Virus record (IMG/VR): IMGVR_UViG_3300046168_000072 | Coordinates: 1-64,000 of that record | DNA: 64,000 bases | Source of the DNA: a virus | Strand: one strand, 5' to 3' | In this document: one piece after another, positions 21,789 through 32,139 of the stretch | Layout of the letters: every line of letters starts with the position of its first letter | How positions within the stretch are numbered: the stretch's first letter is position 1 | Made by a program: the position numbers and the translations under genes | The notes under the pieces: model-generated | Database searches by the model: none | Seen by the model: the letters and a program-made list of their open reading frames with translations, nothing else | Told to the model about the DNA's origin: nothing

Positions 21789-22017
21789 GTTAGAAACATT
21801 TAAGCAAAATGCGCCCGAAGTACCTACAAATACCTGTCCTTACATTGACTTTGTGCAAGAAATACTTAAAGAAATTGGGGACGAATCAGATTCAGTATTT
21901 ATAGAAAAGAAGATCGAACTAGCCGATTCGATGCTTGAATACATAAGAGAAGCAAATGACGCGCTCCGAAAAGGATCAATCTATTGGTATCAGAAATGCA
22001 ACGGATTAATTAGATAA
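21778..22017 (+). CDS. Hypothetical phage protein
   Basis: APEVPTNTCPYID...LEYIREANDALR pattern. Confidence 0.6.
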   Translation: MKNKLETFKQNAPEVPTNTCPYIDFVQEILKEIGDESDSVFIEKKIELADSMLEYIREANDALRKGSIYWYQKCNGLIR

Positions 22018-22626
22018 TTTATCGCGCCAAGCTAGAATTTTTTCACACAAGTCATATAACTCTTCAACCATTAAATCACTTTTTGCAAAATTAGCTTCTT
22101 TAATGCATATTTGTAAATTATTTAAATCATTTGTGCCTCCCCTAGATGAAGGAATAATATGATCTAGGTTGTATGTTTCAGGCTTATTTAAATCTATACT
22201 TTCACCAGTTAAATAACAAACAGGATTTTCACCAATTTTTTTAATAACATCCTTACAAGAATAATTTTTTGTTATGTTATTGACAATAGTACTCGTCTGA
22301 TTCCCTGATATTTTAGATTTGCGCTTAAATGTTTTGACTTTATTAGAAATTTTTTGATAGCTAGAACGGGCGCATCTACATTTGAAATGCGAAATCTTCT
22401 TATTTAAAGGAGATTTCTTTTTTTGCGCTTCTTTAAGTCGTTTTTTTTCGTTCTTATTGCCGCAATGATATGAAATGAGTCCTTTTGAGCATCCTAATTC
22501 TTTAGCTATTTCTCGAAAACTTTTTTCTTCTGCTCTTAATCTAAGTATATCTTCTTTACGAGGTTTGTTATTTAAAGCTCTTCGTTTCATATTTTTCTTT
22601 ATTGGCGCTCTTTCCTCTTTTTCCAT
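22006..22626 (-). CDS. HTH plus HNH endonuclease
   Basis: SFREIAKELGCSKGLISYH helix-turn-helix; CYLTG..LDHIIPSSRGGTNDLNNLQIC..N. Confidence 0.88.
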   Translation of the reverse strand: MEKEERAPIKKNMKRRALNNKPRKEDILRLRAEEKSFREIAKELGCSKGLISYHCGNKNEKKRLKEAQKKKSPLNKKISHFKCRCARSSYQKISNKVKTFKRKSKISGNQTSTIVNNITKNYSCKDVIKKIGENPVCYLTGESIDLNKPETYNLDHIIPSSRGGTNDLNNLQICIKEANFAKSDLMVEELYDLCEKILAWRDKLSN

Positions 22627-23036
22627 GCTATTTTCATAGCTTCGCTCTGTTTTTTTCTATATTCGGGTGATTTGTGATTTTTTGAGTTTGTATTATTTTG
22701 CATGGATTTACTTAAATTTTCTTTCTTTTTTTCAATATCTCCTTGTTGCCAATGGCTTGCTTGACCTTTATTTGATTGACTAATATTTGATCGATGAGCT
22801 TTAGTTTTTGGTTTATTTTTGTTATTTAAGCCTCCTATTTTTGAGGTTTCTATAAATATTTGCTCTTTACCTATTTGCTTTCTTAATCCTTTATAAGCTA
22901 AGTAATCTTTGTGGTTGCCATGTTTTAAATAAAGTTTGGCGTGGGCTATAGCATGCTCTTTTATGGATAAAACAATAAGATTGGAGGGGTCATCCGAACC
23001 TCCCATATGCTTTGGTATAATATGGTGCTTATGCAT
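22599..23036 (-). CDS. HNH homing endonuclease with NUMOD3-like C-terminus
   Basis: HKHHIIPKHMGGSDDPSNL..LS..EHAIAH; KSPEYRKKQSEAMK. Confidence 0.88.
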   Translation of the reverse strand: MHKHHIIPKHMGGSDDPSNLIVLSIKEHAIAHAKLYLKHGNHKDYLAYKGLRKQIGKEQIFIETSKIGGLNNKNKPKTKAHRSNISQSNKGQASHWQQGDIEKKKENLSKSMQNNTNSKNHKSPEYRKKQSEAMKIAWKKRKERQ

Positions 23037-23056
23037 AATTTATTATTTAATAAAAT

Positions 23057-23103
23057 TAGAGCCTTACAAATCAACTACTCTATCGAAACTGAGCTAAGGT
23101 GGC
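23057..23103 (-). pseudogene. tRNA-Thr(UGU) remnant (5' half only)
   Basis: GCCACCT TA GCTC-loop-GAGT A GTTGA TTTGTAA followed directly by GGCTCTA; no T-arm; D-loop GG lost. Confidence 0.7.
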
Positions 23104-23108
23104 AAAAA

Positions 23109-23672
23109 TCATGAGTATTCTAGCTCTATTTCAGCTTTTAAATATTCCTCATTGACATTTTTGCGTATAAAGTCTTTCGCCCTAGAAATGGTTGATGTTA
23201 CTGCTCCTTTTGAGCGATTTACTTTTTTAGATATATCATTAATGCTCAAATCTTCGTTGAATCTTAGTTCAGCAATAATCTTTAAGCTAGGTGAAAGTTT
23301 TTTTATTGATTTATTTATTGCTAAAAGTCTAATTTTTTGAAACTTATTTAATCTAGGGGTGAAACAAGGCTCTATTGCTTCATTGTTATCAAATGTTCCG
23401 AAAACAAGAGCAGACCTTTTAAGATCAGTAAAGTATTTTTTAATTTGAAAATGTAAAATGCGGAAAGCCCAACTATAAAAACTTTTAGACTCATCAAATT
23501 CAGATTGTTTTTCTGCTAGAATCCGAGTGACATCTTGCACTATGTCTTGAGCATCATGTTCATTGTAGATTCTTGATGAGCAAAAATACAATAAACTAGG
23601 ACGCACTGAAGCAATTTTATCTTCAAATTTTTTACGAGAATTAATATATACTGAACTACGTAATTTCATCAA
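23109..23672 (-). CDS. ECF-type sigma-70 factor resembling the Rhodopirellula/Verrucomicrobium family
   Basis: Region 2 HDAQDIVQDV..LAEKQSEFDESKSFYSWAFRI; region 4 LSP..IAELRF..LSINDIS..GAVTSTISRAK. Confidence 0.88.
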   Translation of the reverse strand: MMKLRSSVYINSRKKFEDKIASVRPSLLYFCSSRIYNEHDAQDIVQDVTRILAEKQSEFDESKSFYSWAFRILHFQIKKYFTDLKRSALVFGTFDNNEAIEPCFTPRLNKFQKIRLLAINKSIKKLSPSLKIIAELRFNEDLSINDISKKVNRSKGAVTSTISRAKDFIRKNVNEEYLKAEIELEYS

Positions 23673-25289
23673 TATTCAAATTTAAGCTATTATTTGAGTT
23701 TTTAGTGAGCATCATTTAATCCTATCTATAGATACATCTAAACTATTATTTTCATTTTTATTAATAATCAAGCTGATGATCTCGCTATCTTCTTTGTACA
23801 TTTTTTGATAAATTAAATTTAATATTTCAGAAAGATTTACTGAGCTGTAAAAATCATCTTCCAATTTATTATCGTCATTAACACTCATCTCTTGAGCGTG
23901 ATCTGTATTTGTCCCGCCAAGCATCATTTTTAACTTTTCGATTAAACGATCAACATCGTCATTATTTGGACTCCATCCGTGTCTAAATGCGATCATGGCA
24001 AGACAATTCTTTCGCTATCATGCTCCAACTCATAATTATCCCAATAGTCATGGCTGTATTTGCTATATATAATATCTTCAAATAAAATTAACCCATTATT
24101 TGATTCATATCCAATCGCATTTCCATCAGGGACTCTCCCACTATTATCTTTATATTCGAAGCATTCATCATAATCATGCTCAGAATAAACTATTTGGCTA
24201 GAATTAATTTTCATTTGAAGACTCAAGCATTTTTAGTAATTTATTGAATAAAGCATAAGTATCTTCATTCATATTTGAATCATTGTCATTAGCAAATTGC
24301 AATAAAGCCGCGTGATAACCATCTGCATAATTGTAGAGATTCTTGCCATAAAAAGAACTAATTAGCGCATGAGATTCGCCTTCTTGAAATCCTCTATTAT
24401 AACCTAAGTCTTCTACTTGTTTAAGTTGGTTTTCTAGCTCATTTATTTGATCCGCCTGTATTCGATGCGATAGGTTATTTGTTCGATCCAATATTTTTAA
24501 ATTTTCAATTTGATCCATTTTATTCAAACATAAAAATGAGATAAAAACTATTCCAGATAGCCAAAATAAACGTTCTTTATTATTCATGATGTGCAAAATT
24601 GTATTTATTATTTTAAGAAAAATCAAAAAGAAACCAAATCACTTTCATCTTCCCATTTTTGGGAATAAGGATTATATTTTTCAACTGATAATGTTTGCAT
24701 AGTTAAATGATGTTTTTCTATCATTGCGTTATGGAAGGATAGAGCGTGTTCAGCATCTGTAGCGTTATAATAGTGATAATTATCTAGCTCGACATGACGC
24801 GCTTCAGCATTATATTTTATGCGATATTCAAATAGTCTTGGTTCATTCGCCTTCTTCATGATTCAATTTATGATATATATTCTTAAATAACACAAGCTTT
24901 ATTTCTTTAGTGTTGAAGTGACCTTGTAGATAACTTTCTCGCTCTTCACTGCATGAAGACCTAAACTTAAGCGCATCCCTATGATTAGGGTTTTTCTCTA
25001 GCTCTAGATTGTTCTCGTCTTCATGGTCGAGATAATTGAATGCAGGAATATGCACCTCTACGCCAACGGCATCTCCAAAAGCAACCGCTTCATCTGTATC
25101 TTTATAAAAAAACTCCTCTTCGTGCGAAGCATAAACGACATTATCAGAAGAAATAATGTCTTGAGTAGTTTGACAAAAGGCATTTAAACCTCTTAATTCG
25201 TCACACCCTTCGGTAGCTTCTTTAAAGGCTGGTAAAATATTATTATCTGTTTTCATATGACTGCATAATATCACAGCCAAAATAAAAAG

Positions 25290-26075
25290 TCAAGGCTTAT
25301 TTAATGTTTTTGAAGAAACAATAAAAAACGGGTTTAATAAATTTTCTTTGTTGTATTGTAAAGGCGCGCGATCTTCAGCCTTATAAATAATAGCACCGCT
25401 TTCTTCAGCAATAATATGTGGCGCACAAGTATCCCATTCCATGGTCGGGCCAAATCGTGGGTAAATATGAGCTTTGCCTTCTGCTACAAGACATAATTTC
25501 AATGAGCTTCCAATATTTAAAGTCTCAACTCTATAATCTTTTTCGAGATTTTTAATAAAATTTTCTGTCTCTGCATTTAAATGAGATTTACTCGCTACTA
25601 CCTTAATTCGATTATCTTTTAAACTATACGAATATTTTGCATAAATTGGTTTGCCGTTCTTAAAAGCTCCTCGGTCTTGTATCGCATAGTATTGATCTTT
25701 TTTCTTAGGACAAGCCACATATCCGAATATGGGCTGTGAGCCTTTGCATAGAGCAATATTGATACAAAAGTCATCTCCACCCTTTACAAATTCTTTTGTG
25801 CCATCTATGGGGTCTATTAGCCAATAATACTCCCATGTAGATCTTTCTTTATATTCAATCTCCTTGTCTTCTTCTGAAATGATATTTGTAACTTCTGTAT
25901 TCGCAAACAAAAATTCTCTAATTCGTTTGTTTGAATGAAGGTCAGCTTCTGTTAATGGACTTTTATCATCTTTTTCGAGAGTTTTAAACCCACGCTCTTG
26001 CATTTCACAAACTTCTTCGGAAAGTTCGGCGCCAAAACTTAGTAGTTTATCAATAAATTTTTTAGTTATTTGCAC
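25290..26075 (-). CDS. cysQ: 3'(2'),5'-bisphosphate nucleotidase
   Basis: SPLTEAD, IISEE, WLIDPIDGTKEF, GSSLKLCLVAEG and TMEWDTCA. Confidence 0.95.
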   Translation of the reverse strand: MQITKKFIDKLLSFGAELSEEVCEMQERGFKTLEKDDKSPLTEADLHSNKRIREFLFANTEVTNIISEEDKEIEYKERSTWEYYWLIDPIDGTKEFVKGGDDFCINIALCKGSQPIFGYVACPKKKDQYYAIQDRGAFKNGKPIYAKYSYSLKDNRIKVVASKSHLNAETENFIKNLEKDYRVETLNIGSSLKLCLVAEGKAHIYPRFGPTMEWDTCAPHIIAEESGAIIYKAEDRAPLQYNKENLLNPFFIVSSKTLNKP

Positions 26076-26250
26076 GATTTTTTTCTCTTTCTTTTAAATA
26101 CTCTGGCCAAAAAAACCTCAATGATTCAATATCGTTATTTTGACGAGCAATTTTTAATTCTTGTTGATAAATTAATTCCCAATTTTTTTGCTTTTCAGGC
26201 ATTAAACACCCTGTCATTGAAATGATAAACAGAAATAAGAATCCTCTCAC
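26062..26250 (-). CDS. Predicted small lipoprotein, paralogue of 2036..2350
   Basis: SMTGC lipobox; ELKIARQNNDIESLRFFWPEY. Confidence 0.55.
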   Translation of the reverse strand: MRGFLFLFIISMTGCLMPEKQKNWELIYQQELKIARQNNDIESLRFFWPEYLKEREKNRANN

Positions 26251-26438
26251 ATAAAAAGATTACACTTTATTTCTTAAATTTATTATCTATCCAAACTTTA
26301 TAAGTATATAAACCCATTAAAATAATGGTAAAAGCGATGCCGTCTAGCCAGCTTAAATCCCAAAGTTCTTTTAGTCCGTCCATTTGTATTTTTCCCAAAC
26401 ACAAAAAGTATATAGTATAGCTAGTAATATTATTGTAG

Positions 26439-26945
26439 TCATTTTATTATGCTTTCTTTAATAATTTTATGTGCGACATCTTTGTCGTGCCAATCGAGTA
26501 CCTTTACCCTGTCACCGCTCATAGATAAATCTTTGTAATGAGCAAAAAAGTTTTTGGATATCTCAAGAAAAGAGTCTTCGATGTCTTTTAATCCAAAGTA
26601 TTTGCGAGTATAAAAATTAGGAACTGCAATAATTTTGTAATCTTTTGCTCCCTCGTCCTCCATATCAAGAACTCCTAAAACTTTAGCCTCTAAAACTGTG
26701 GCGCGCTTTATTGGTTCAGGACTGATAACCATAATATCTAAAGGGTCTCCATCATCACACAAAGTGTTTGGCACAAAACCATAACTTGCGGGATAAACCA
26801 TAGCAGAATTGAGGCATCTATCATACATGAATACCCCCAAATCTCCATCGTATTCATATTTGTTTTTTGAGCCCTCTTCAATTTCAATAACTGCGTTAAC
26901 GATTCGAGGGCTTTTTTCATGTATTGGTAGGTTATATAAATTCAT
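26439..26945 (-). CDS. ppa: Inorganic pyrophosphatase (family I)
   Basis: EIEEGSKNKYEYD, YGFVPNTLCDDGDPLD and DYKIIAV. Confidence 0.95.
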   Translation of the reverse strand: MNLYNLPIHEKSPRIVNAVIEIEEGSKNKYEYDGDLGVFMYDRCLNSAMVYPASYGFVPNTLCDDGDPLDIMVISPEPIKRATVLEAKVLGVLDMEDEGAKDYKIIAVPNFYTRKYFGLKDIEDSFLEISKNFFAHYKDLSMSGDRVKVLDWHDKDVAHKIIKESIIK

Positions 26946-27421
26946 TTAATGCCAGTCAGTTCTGAAGATGATCGGATTTTACTCCCTAAACCATCAACAA
27001 CTTTCGTGCCATTTGCTTTGCATATTTTGAACTCAGGTATTTCTGAATTGCTACGATCACCACCATTAGCAAAAATATCAGGCTTAATTAAATTAAGCGT
27101 TTTACAAACAGTTTTATCATCATCAATCGACATAATTACTTCATTTACACCTTTAATTTGCGACACTATCTGAAGGCGATCATCTTCGCACATAAATGAT
27201 TTTCCTTTTTTAAGCGCGGCCTGTTTATCGTTATTCACAATCACAACTAAATAACTGCCCAGTTCGCGCGCTAAGCGAATATATTCTAAGTGACCAATAT
27301 GAATTGGATCAAAGTATCCACTTATAGCCACTTTTAAATTAGATTGATCTTTTGGCTGCTTAGATGTATCTACATCAAAATCCCATTGGGGCTTCCATAA
27401 ATTCGTAGATTTATTTTTCAT
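26942..27421 (-). CDS. HIGH-motif cytidylyltransferase (TagD/RibL-like)
   Basis: SGYFDPIHIGH, FANGGDR and RSSS. Confidence 0.9.
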   Translation of the reverse strand: MKNKSTNLWKPQWDFDVDTSKQPKDQSNLKVAISGYFDPIHIGHLEYIRLARELGSYLVVIVNNDKQAALKKGKSFMCEDDRLQIVSQIKGVNEVIMSIDDDKTVCKTLNLIKPDIFANGGDRSNSEIPEFKICKANGTKVVDGLGSKIRSSSELTGIK

Positions 27422-28033
27422 TATTTAAATAAATTGTATACAAAATGTGACCAAGTATTGACAGGTCGTCAAGCTCGATTGCTTTATAAATTTCCATATC
27501 TATAATATATTTATAATCTATCGAATCTAAAGTAAAAATTTCATCTTTTTCCTCATCAAATAAACAAACATCTATTTCATCGCTGATGTGCGTAACATAT
27601 ATCTTGTTGCTTTTGGGGTATGTTTTTTGAGTATTCCTTAAAACCATAAAAATAGCATGAAATTCGATATCAAGATCCATGACCGCTTCTTGAGAAATCT
27701 TTTGAGATTTTAAAAAACTTTTGTAAATAAAGTTGAATACAGATTTATAAGAATAATTTTGAAGTAAATCTCTTAATATCATATCGGACCTCTGTATATA
27801 GGATCTTGTTGTTTTTTAATATTTTGCGATTCAAAAAAAGAAATATATCTGATTTGATGATTAATCAACTCTTGTTGTTTTATGATAGCTTCATTTTGGA
27901 TAACAATAGTTTCACGAGCATATGATAATTTTTTATGTTGATCGTAAGCTGTTAAAGCCAAGAGAGCCAAACCAATTAACATTACAACTTCAGCAAAAGA
28001 AAACTTCACATAAATATATACACAATTTATTTG

Positions 28034-28711
28034 TCACCTAAACAAATGATTAATAGATTGATAGCCTTTTTTAATCCTAATTAACGAATTGTCTTGATTT
28101 AAGCGAACTTTTATATGAGAATTGATCTTTTGCGCTACAGTTTTTAGAATAGATGAAACTGATTGTCTGGTTTCATTTATCATTAAAGCTGTTTCTCTTT
28201 GAGTTCGATCAGACATATAACATTTAAAAACCATCATTTCTTTTTCGGTTAAAAAATCGCTATATTCTGTAATCCATTTTAAAACTATCTCAGATTTATT
28301 AGGTCGATCTATCTCTTTTAGAAAACTCTCCTCTTTAGCGGAATTTATCAGCTTAAAACTTGATGCAGATTCAGCTTTATCAGATTCTGCAGGAGTCAAA
28401 AAGCTACAAGAAATAAAATCACTACGATAACGTTCTTCTTTTTTGGTAGCTCCTTTCATAGTCCAAAAAACAGCGTTCTTGGCACAAGCATATGCAAATT
28501 TAGCAAAACCTTGCTTAGTTAAGCAAGCGCGGTCATTATTTATGTACCTCGATTTATGCTTTGAAAGTCTCGCGTTTACCTCCGAAACAATCTCTTCCTC
28601 AGATAACGCATGAAAATTATTTCTATACTTTCGAACAATATATCTTAAATCTAGTTGAAAATCAGCAAGTAATTTATCATATTTGATTATGTCCCGTTCC
28701 GTAATTTTCAT
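28034..28711 (-). CDS. Divergent sigma-70-like transcription factor
   Basis: EEIVSEVNARL region-2-like helix; LTEKEMMVF..TQRETA..TRQSVS region-4 HTH. Confidence 0.65.
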   Translation of the reverse strand: MKITERDIIKYDKLLADFQLDLRYIVRKYRNNFHALSEEEIVSEVNARLSKHKSRYINNDRACLTKQGFAKFAYACAKNAVFWTMKGATKKEERYRSDFISCSFLTPAESDKAESASSFKLINSAKEESFLKEIDRPNKSEIVLKWITEYSDFLTEKEMMVFKCYMSDRTQRETALMINETRQSVSSILKTVAQKINSHIKVRLNQDNSLIRIKKGYQSINHLFR

Positions 28712-29067
28712 TTTTTAAATAAAACGCCAACTTCATTAGGGAAAGAGGCATTCCTGATATGAAACCAATCGTCAACTGATAGATTTTTATTATTTGAACG
28801 AAAATAATCATTTATCCTTGTGGCATCAACGCAAGAAACAATTGATCCTGGATTATCTTCATCAGTTTTCTTTTTTAAAATATTTAAGGCAAAAGCTTTT
28901 GACTTGCAGTAAATAATTGTTTTGAAATTCAATATCTCTCCGCTTGGCCTTGTTTCTTTGTATGAAACTTTCCAGTATTGAGCGTAATCATAGGCTTTAG
29001 GCTCTCTTTCTAATAATGGCATGATTAATACTATAGCATATAGCATATACTAAATCAAGACTAAAAT

Positions 29068-29235
29068 TTATTTTTTCCATTTACAGTAACTAGGATTTTC
29101 GGCGCGTTTTCGGCGCATATATTCTCTTTTTTGTTCACGCCGCTTTTCTGCGTTTTCTTCGTCGTATTTTTTTTGAGCTTTTTGTTGAGCAGCTTTACCT
29201 TTATCTGAATTAGCGTATTTTTTTTGTCTACTCAT
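29068..29235 (-). CDS. 55-aa highly basic helical protein missing from the ORF track
   Basis: MSRQKKYANSDKGKAAQQKAQKKY...REYMRRKR. Confidence 0.55.
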   Translation of the reverse strand: MSRQKKYANSDKGKAAQQKAQKKYDEENAEKRREQKREYMRRKRAENPSYCKWKK

Positions 29236-29647
29236 GTATATAGTCCACTATAAGTCAAATTCTGTTTTTATTTTTTTTTCTTCTTCCAGTTTATGGAGTC
29301 ATAATTATTTTTAAAATTTTTAGAATAATTACTGCGAGGGCTATCACCCTTCCCGTTACTTGAAGTTTTAATTTTACACGCGCCAGAATTACAAGATGTC
29401 TTCTTCATCATCATCTAAGTCGTCAATTTCACATTCAAAACTGCCTAAATTACTAAGCTCGATAATTTTCTCTTGCAGTCCACCCATAATTGTAAAAGCA
29501 TTTATATCAAATTCAGATAAATACCTGTTGATTAAATTATCTAAATCAAATCTAAACGCATCAGTCTGCTCATCAAAATCAGATGGGCCAGAATTATTAA
29601 ATTCATTTTCCATATACTATAATATAGTTTTATCTTAGTTTTTAAAC

Positions 29648-29673
29648 AAAAAAGCCCCCATTTCTGGGGGCTT
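29648..29673 (-). terminator. Rho-independent terminator
   Basis: AAGCCCCCA-GAAA-TGGGGGCTT followed by a T tract. Confidence 0.85.
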
Positions 29674-29695
29674 GATGTACGAGTAAAAAAATATT

Positions 29696-29929
29696 TTACT
29701 TCTTAGATTGACCGAGCAATCCAACTATCAGCAGCAAAGTAATGATACCTGCAAGACTTGCGCCTTTGCCTACGAAACCATTTACAATGTCCTGAAGATT
29801 ACCAATTACATCAATAGATGTAGAAGGTCCAAAAACTACTTGAGAAATAACAAGCAATCCAATGATTGATAATAATACCCCAGTAATTCCTGCAGCATAG
29901 TCTTTTATAATATCTAATGTATTTTTCAT
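29696..29929 (-). CDS. Small two-helix membrane protein
   Basis: Two hydrophobic segments; between the beta-barrel gene and the terminator. Confidence 0.7.
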   Translation of the reverse strand: MKNTLDIIKDYAAGITGVLLSIIGLLVISQVVFGPSTSIDVIGNLQDIVNGFVGKGASLAGIITLLLIVGLLGQSKK

Positions 29930-29954
29930 AATATATATAGGTTAAATAAATTAA

Positions 29955-30605
29955 TTAGAAGTTTGTGGATACAGAAAGGCCAAATACCCATTCTGAGTCA
30001 ATAAGATCTGAGTCAACGCGATCTGCGGAAATAGCAACCGAAGCATTTTCAGCTAAATCACGAGAAACTTTAGAGCCAAAAGCGTAATAATCGCTGTCAG
30101 TAGCCTCAGTCAAATCAGTGTTTCCAGCGGAAGCATGAACACAAAGCTCTGCAACCTCAAAATCAAACTGATGATTGATTCCAGCTTCAAATGTATACAA
30201 ATCGGCCTCGAAAGAACGATATACATTCACAGATGGAGAAAGCAAAGTCTCAAAACCAAGACCAACCTTAGCTTCAAATAAAGCTTCGCCAGCAACATCT
30301 TCGAAATGATTGAGTCCGCCATAGACAGACACTAAATCACCTAAAGACTTGCCTACGCAAAGATTCAATTGATACGAATCAGCGCCAGCGTCTACAGCTT
30401 GATTTGTGAATGCTCTTGCACCAACATCGAAACCTCCAATCTCTGTCTTTGCTCCGAAAGAGGCTTGAACAGCTTCTTCAGACTTTAAGGCTCCACGATA
30501 AAAATAATCCGAAGCGTATCCTAATTCAGCAGAGTAATTTTGGGCTGAGCCGACGTTAATAATAAACCCTAAAAGGGCTGTAACTAGTAGTTTTGCACTA
30601 TTCAT
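29955..30605 (-). CDS. Outer-membrane beta-barrel protein (TorF-like putative porin)
   Basis: Signal peptide, GYASDYFYRG, alternating beta-strands, C-terminal Phe. Confidence 0.8.
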   Translation of the reverse strand: MNSAKLLVTALLGFIINVGSAQNYSAELGYASDYFYRGALKSEEAVQASFGAKTEIGGFDVGARAFTNQAVDAGADSYQLNLCVGKSLGDLVSVYGGLNHFEDVAGEALFEAKVGLGFETLLSPSVNVYRSFEADLYTFEAGINHQFDFEVAELCVHASAGNTDLTEATDSDYYAFGSKVSRDLAENASVAISADRVDSDLIDSEWVFGLSVSTNF

Positions 30606-30628
30606 AATATGTGTACTGTTAATAAAAA

Positions 30629-31207
30629 TTATTTGATTCTGATTTCTTTCCAGCTAACTAATTTAGCTTTGATTTGATCTCTAATATGTCTTTGTTTTGA
30701 ATTTAATTGACTGTTGCCACTTTTAACTTCGATAAATGTAATTTCGTCATCTCCAAATGATATATAATCTATAGGTTTTCCTAAAAAAGTGCAGTTTTCT
30801 GGTTCGAATTCGAATTGATCTAAAAAAGGCGCTAAAGTTTCTGCGATATGACCTAACCTAACTTCGCTACTCTTCTTTTGAGAGACTACTTTTTTTCTGG
30901 CTTCAGTTTCTTCTTGTAATTTTGTCTGAGACTGTTCGAGTTGTTTTAGCAAATCTTTTTCGCGCGAATCTAGTTCTAATTTTCTTTGCGATAAAAATTG
31001 TTGTTCTTTTTCAAAAGTTGATCTTATACTATTTAATGTATCTTCTCTTGATTTAAACTCGTATTCTTTTTGTGTTAATTGATTCTTTAAATATTGATTT
31101 TCGTTATTTAATGAATCGGCGTTAGTTTGTTTTTGTTTAAGACTATAAATTATGTAACTTAGATATAGTATCCATCCCGATAGGAAAAATTCAAGTAAAA
31201 AATTCAA
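30629..31207 (-). CDS. Membrane-anchored Holliday-junction-resolvase-like endonuclease
   Basis: TM helix, coiled coil, GHIAETLAPF, FLGKPIDYI and FIEVKSG..LN..QR. Confidence 0.85.
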   Translation of the reverse strand: MNFLLEFFLSGWILYLSYIIYSLKQKQTNADSLNNENQYLKNQLTQKEYEFKSREDTLNSIRSTFEKEQQFLSQRKLELDSREKDLLKQLEQSQTKLQEETEARKKVVSQKKSSEVRLGHIAETLAPFLDQFEFEPENCTFLGKPIDYISFGDDEITFIEVKSGNSQLNSKQRHIRDQIKAKLVSWKEIRIK

Positions 31208-31650
31208 AATTATTCATGTAAGTTAATTCCATTGCTTTCGCAATAAGCTATAGAGTATCCTGACTTAAAGCTAAACCTATCAATATACATAATAAAAGGA
31301 ATGATAAGATACACCAAAGGCTCAGAAAATCCTAAAACGATAAAGAGTACAGAAAAAATTGCAATATAGGGGCAAAATTTATTTAAACAAAAATTTATGT
31401 AATTAGTAGTCATGCTATTATAATCTTGTAATTGATACGATACGATCATGGCGGAAAGACCTCATCGACTTCCTTCCATAACAAAAAGCTCTAAAACCAA
31501 CATTGTCTCGACATTCTTGTTTATTACCAAAAGAATTAAATAAGTCAGGCTTGTTTATTACATAGCTTTTGATCTTACTCTCCTCTGTCCTGTAAACAAT
31601 CAAGTATTTAGGTGAAAATTTATTTAATAGCCAATGATATATTTTCATAA

Positions 31651-32070
31651 TTAAATTCCTGTACTCCCAAAGCCGCCGTCTCCACGATCAGTTTCACTTA
31701 ATTTTTCCGCCTCTTCAATATCTACCCAAGGTAATTTAATAATCATGAGCTGACCAATTTTTTCTCCAACTTTATACTGCTTCTCTCCTAAAGCTGGAAG
31801 ACTCATCCTTAATTTAATCTCGCCACGATAACCAGAATCAATTACTCCAACAGAATTTCGCAAAAAATGATCTGTCTTTGATATACTTGAGCGAGGAAAA
31901 ACTAGTCCTACATAACCATATGGTATCTCAACTGCCAAACCTGTTCCGTATTCGTAATACTGAATTGTTTTTGACAATGAAACCGCCGTTAAATCCATAC
32001 CTGCATCGCCCTTTTTTGCGTAACTAGGTAATACAGAATTTTTGTTTAATTTTTTAACTTTTAGAATCAT
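31651..32070 (-). CDS. dut: dUTPase
   Basis: AGMDL, PRSS, GVIDSGYRGEI and RGDGGFGSTG. Confidence 0.96.
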   Translation of the reverse strand: MILKVKKLNKNSVLPSYAKKGDAGMDLTAVSLSKTIQYYEYGTGLAVEIPYGYVGLVFPRSSISKTDHFLRNSVGVIDSGYRGEIKLRMSLPALGEKQYKVGEKIGQLMIIKLPWVDIEEAEKLSETDRGDGGFGSTGI

Positions 32071-32139
32071 AATTTATGAGATAAATCATACCATGATCTA
32101 TTTTAAAAGTCAAGACTTTTTAACACTTTATTTTAAAAA

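Noticed and set aside
23057-23103. Functional tRNA interrupted by a group I intron
   Set aside because: No 3' exon or intron core found downstream, and the D-loop is degenerate; kept only as a remnant.
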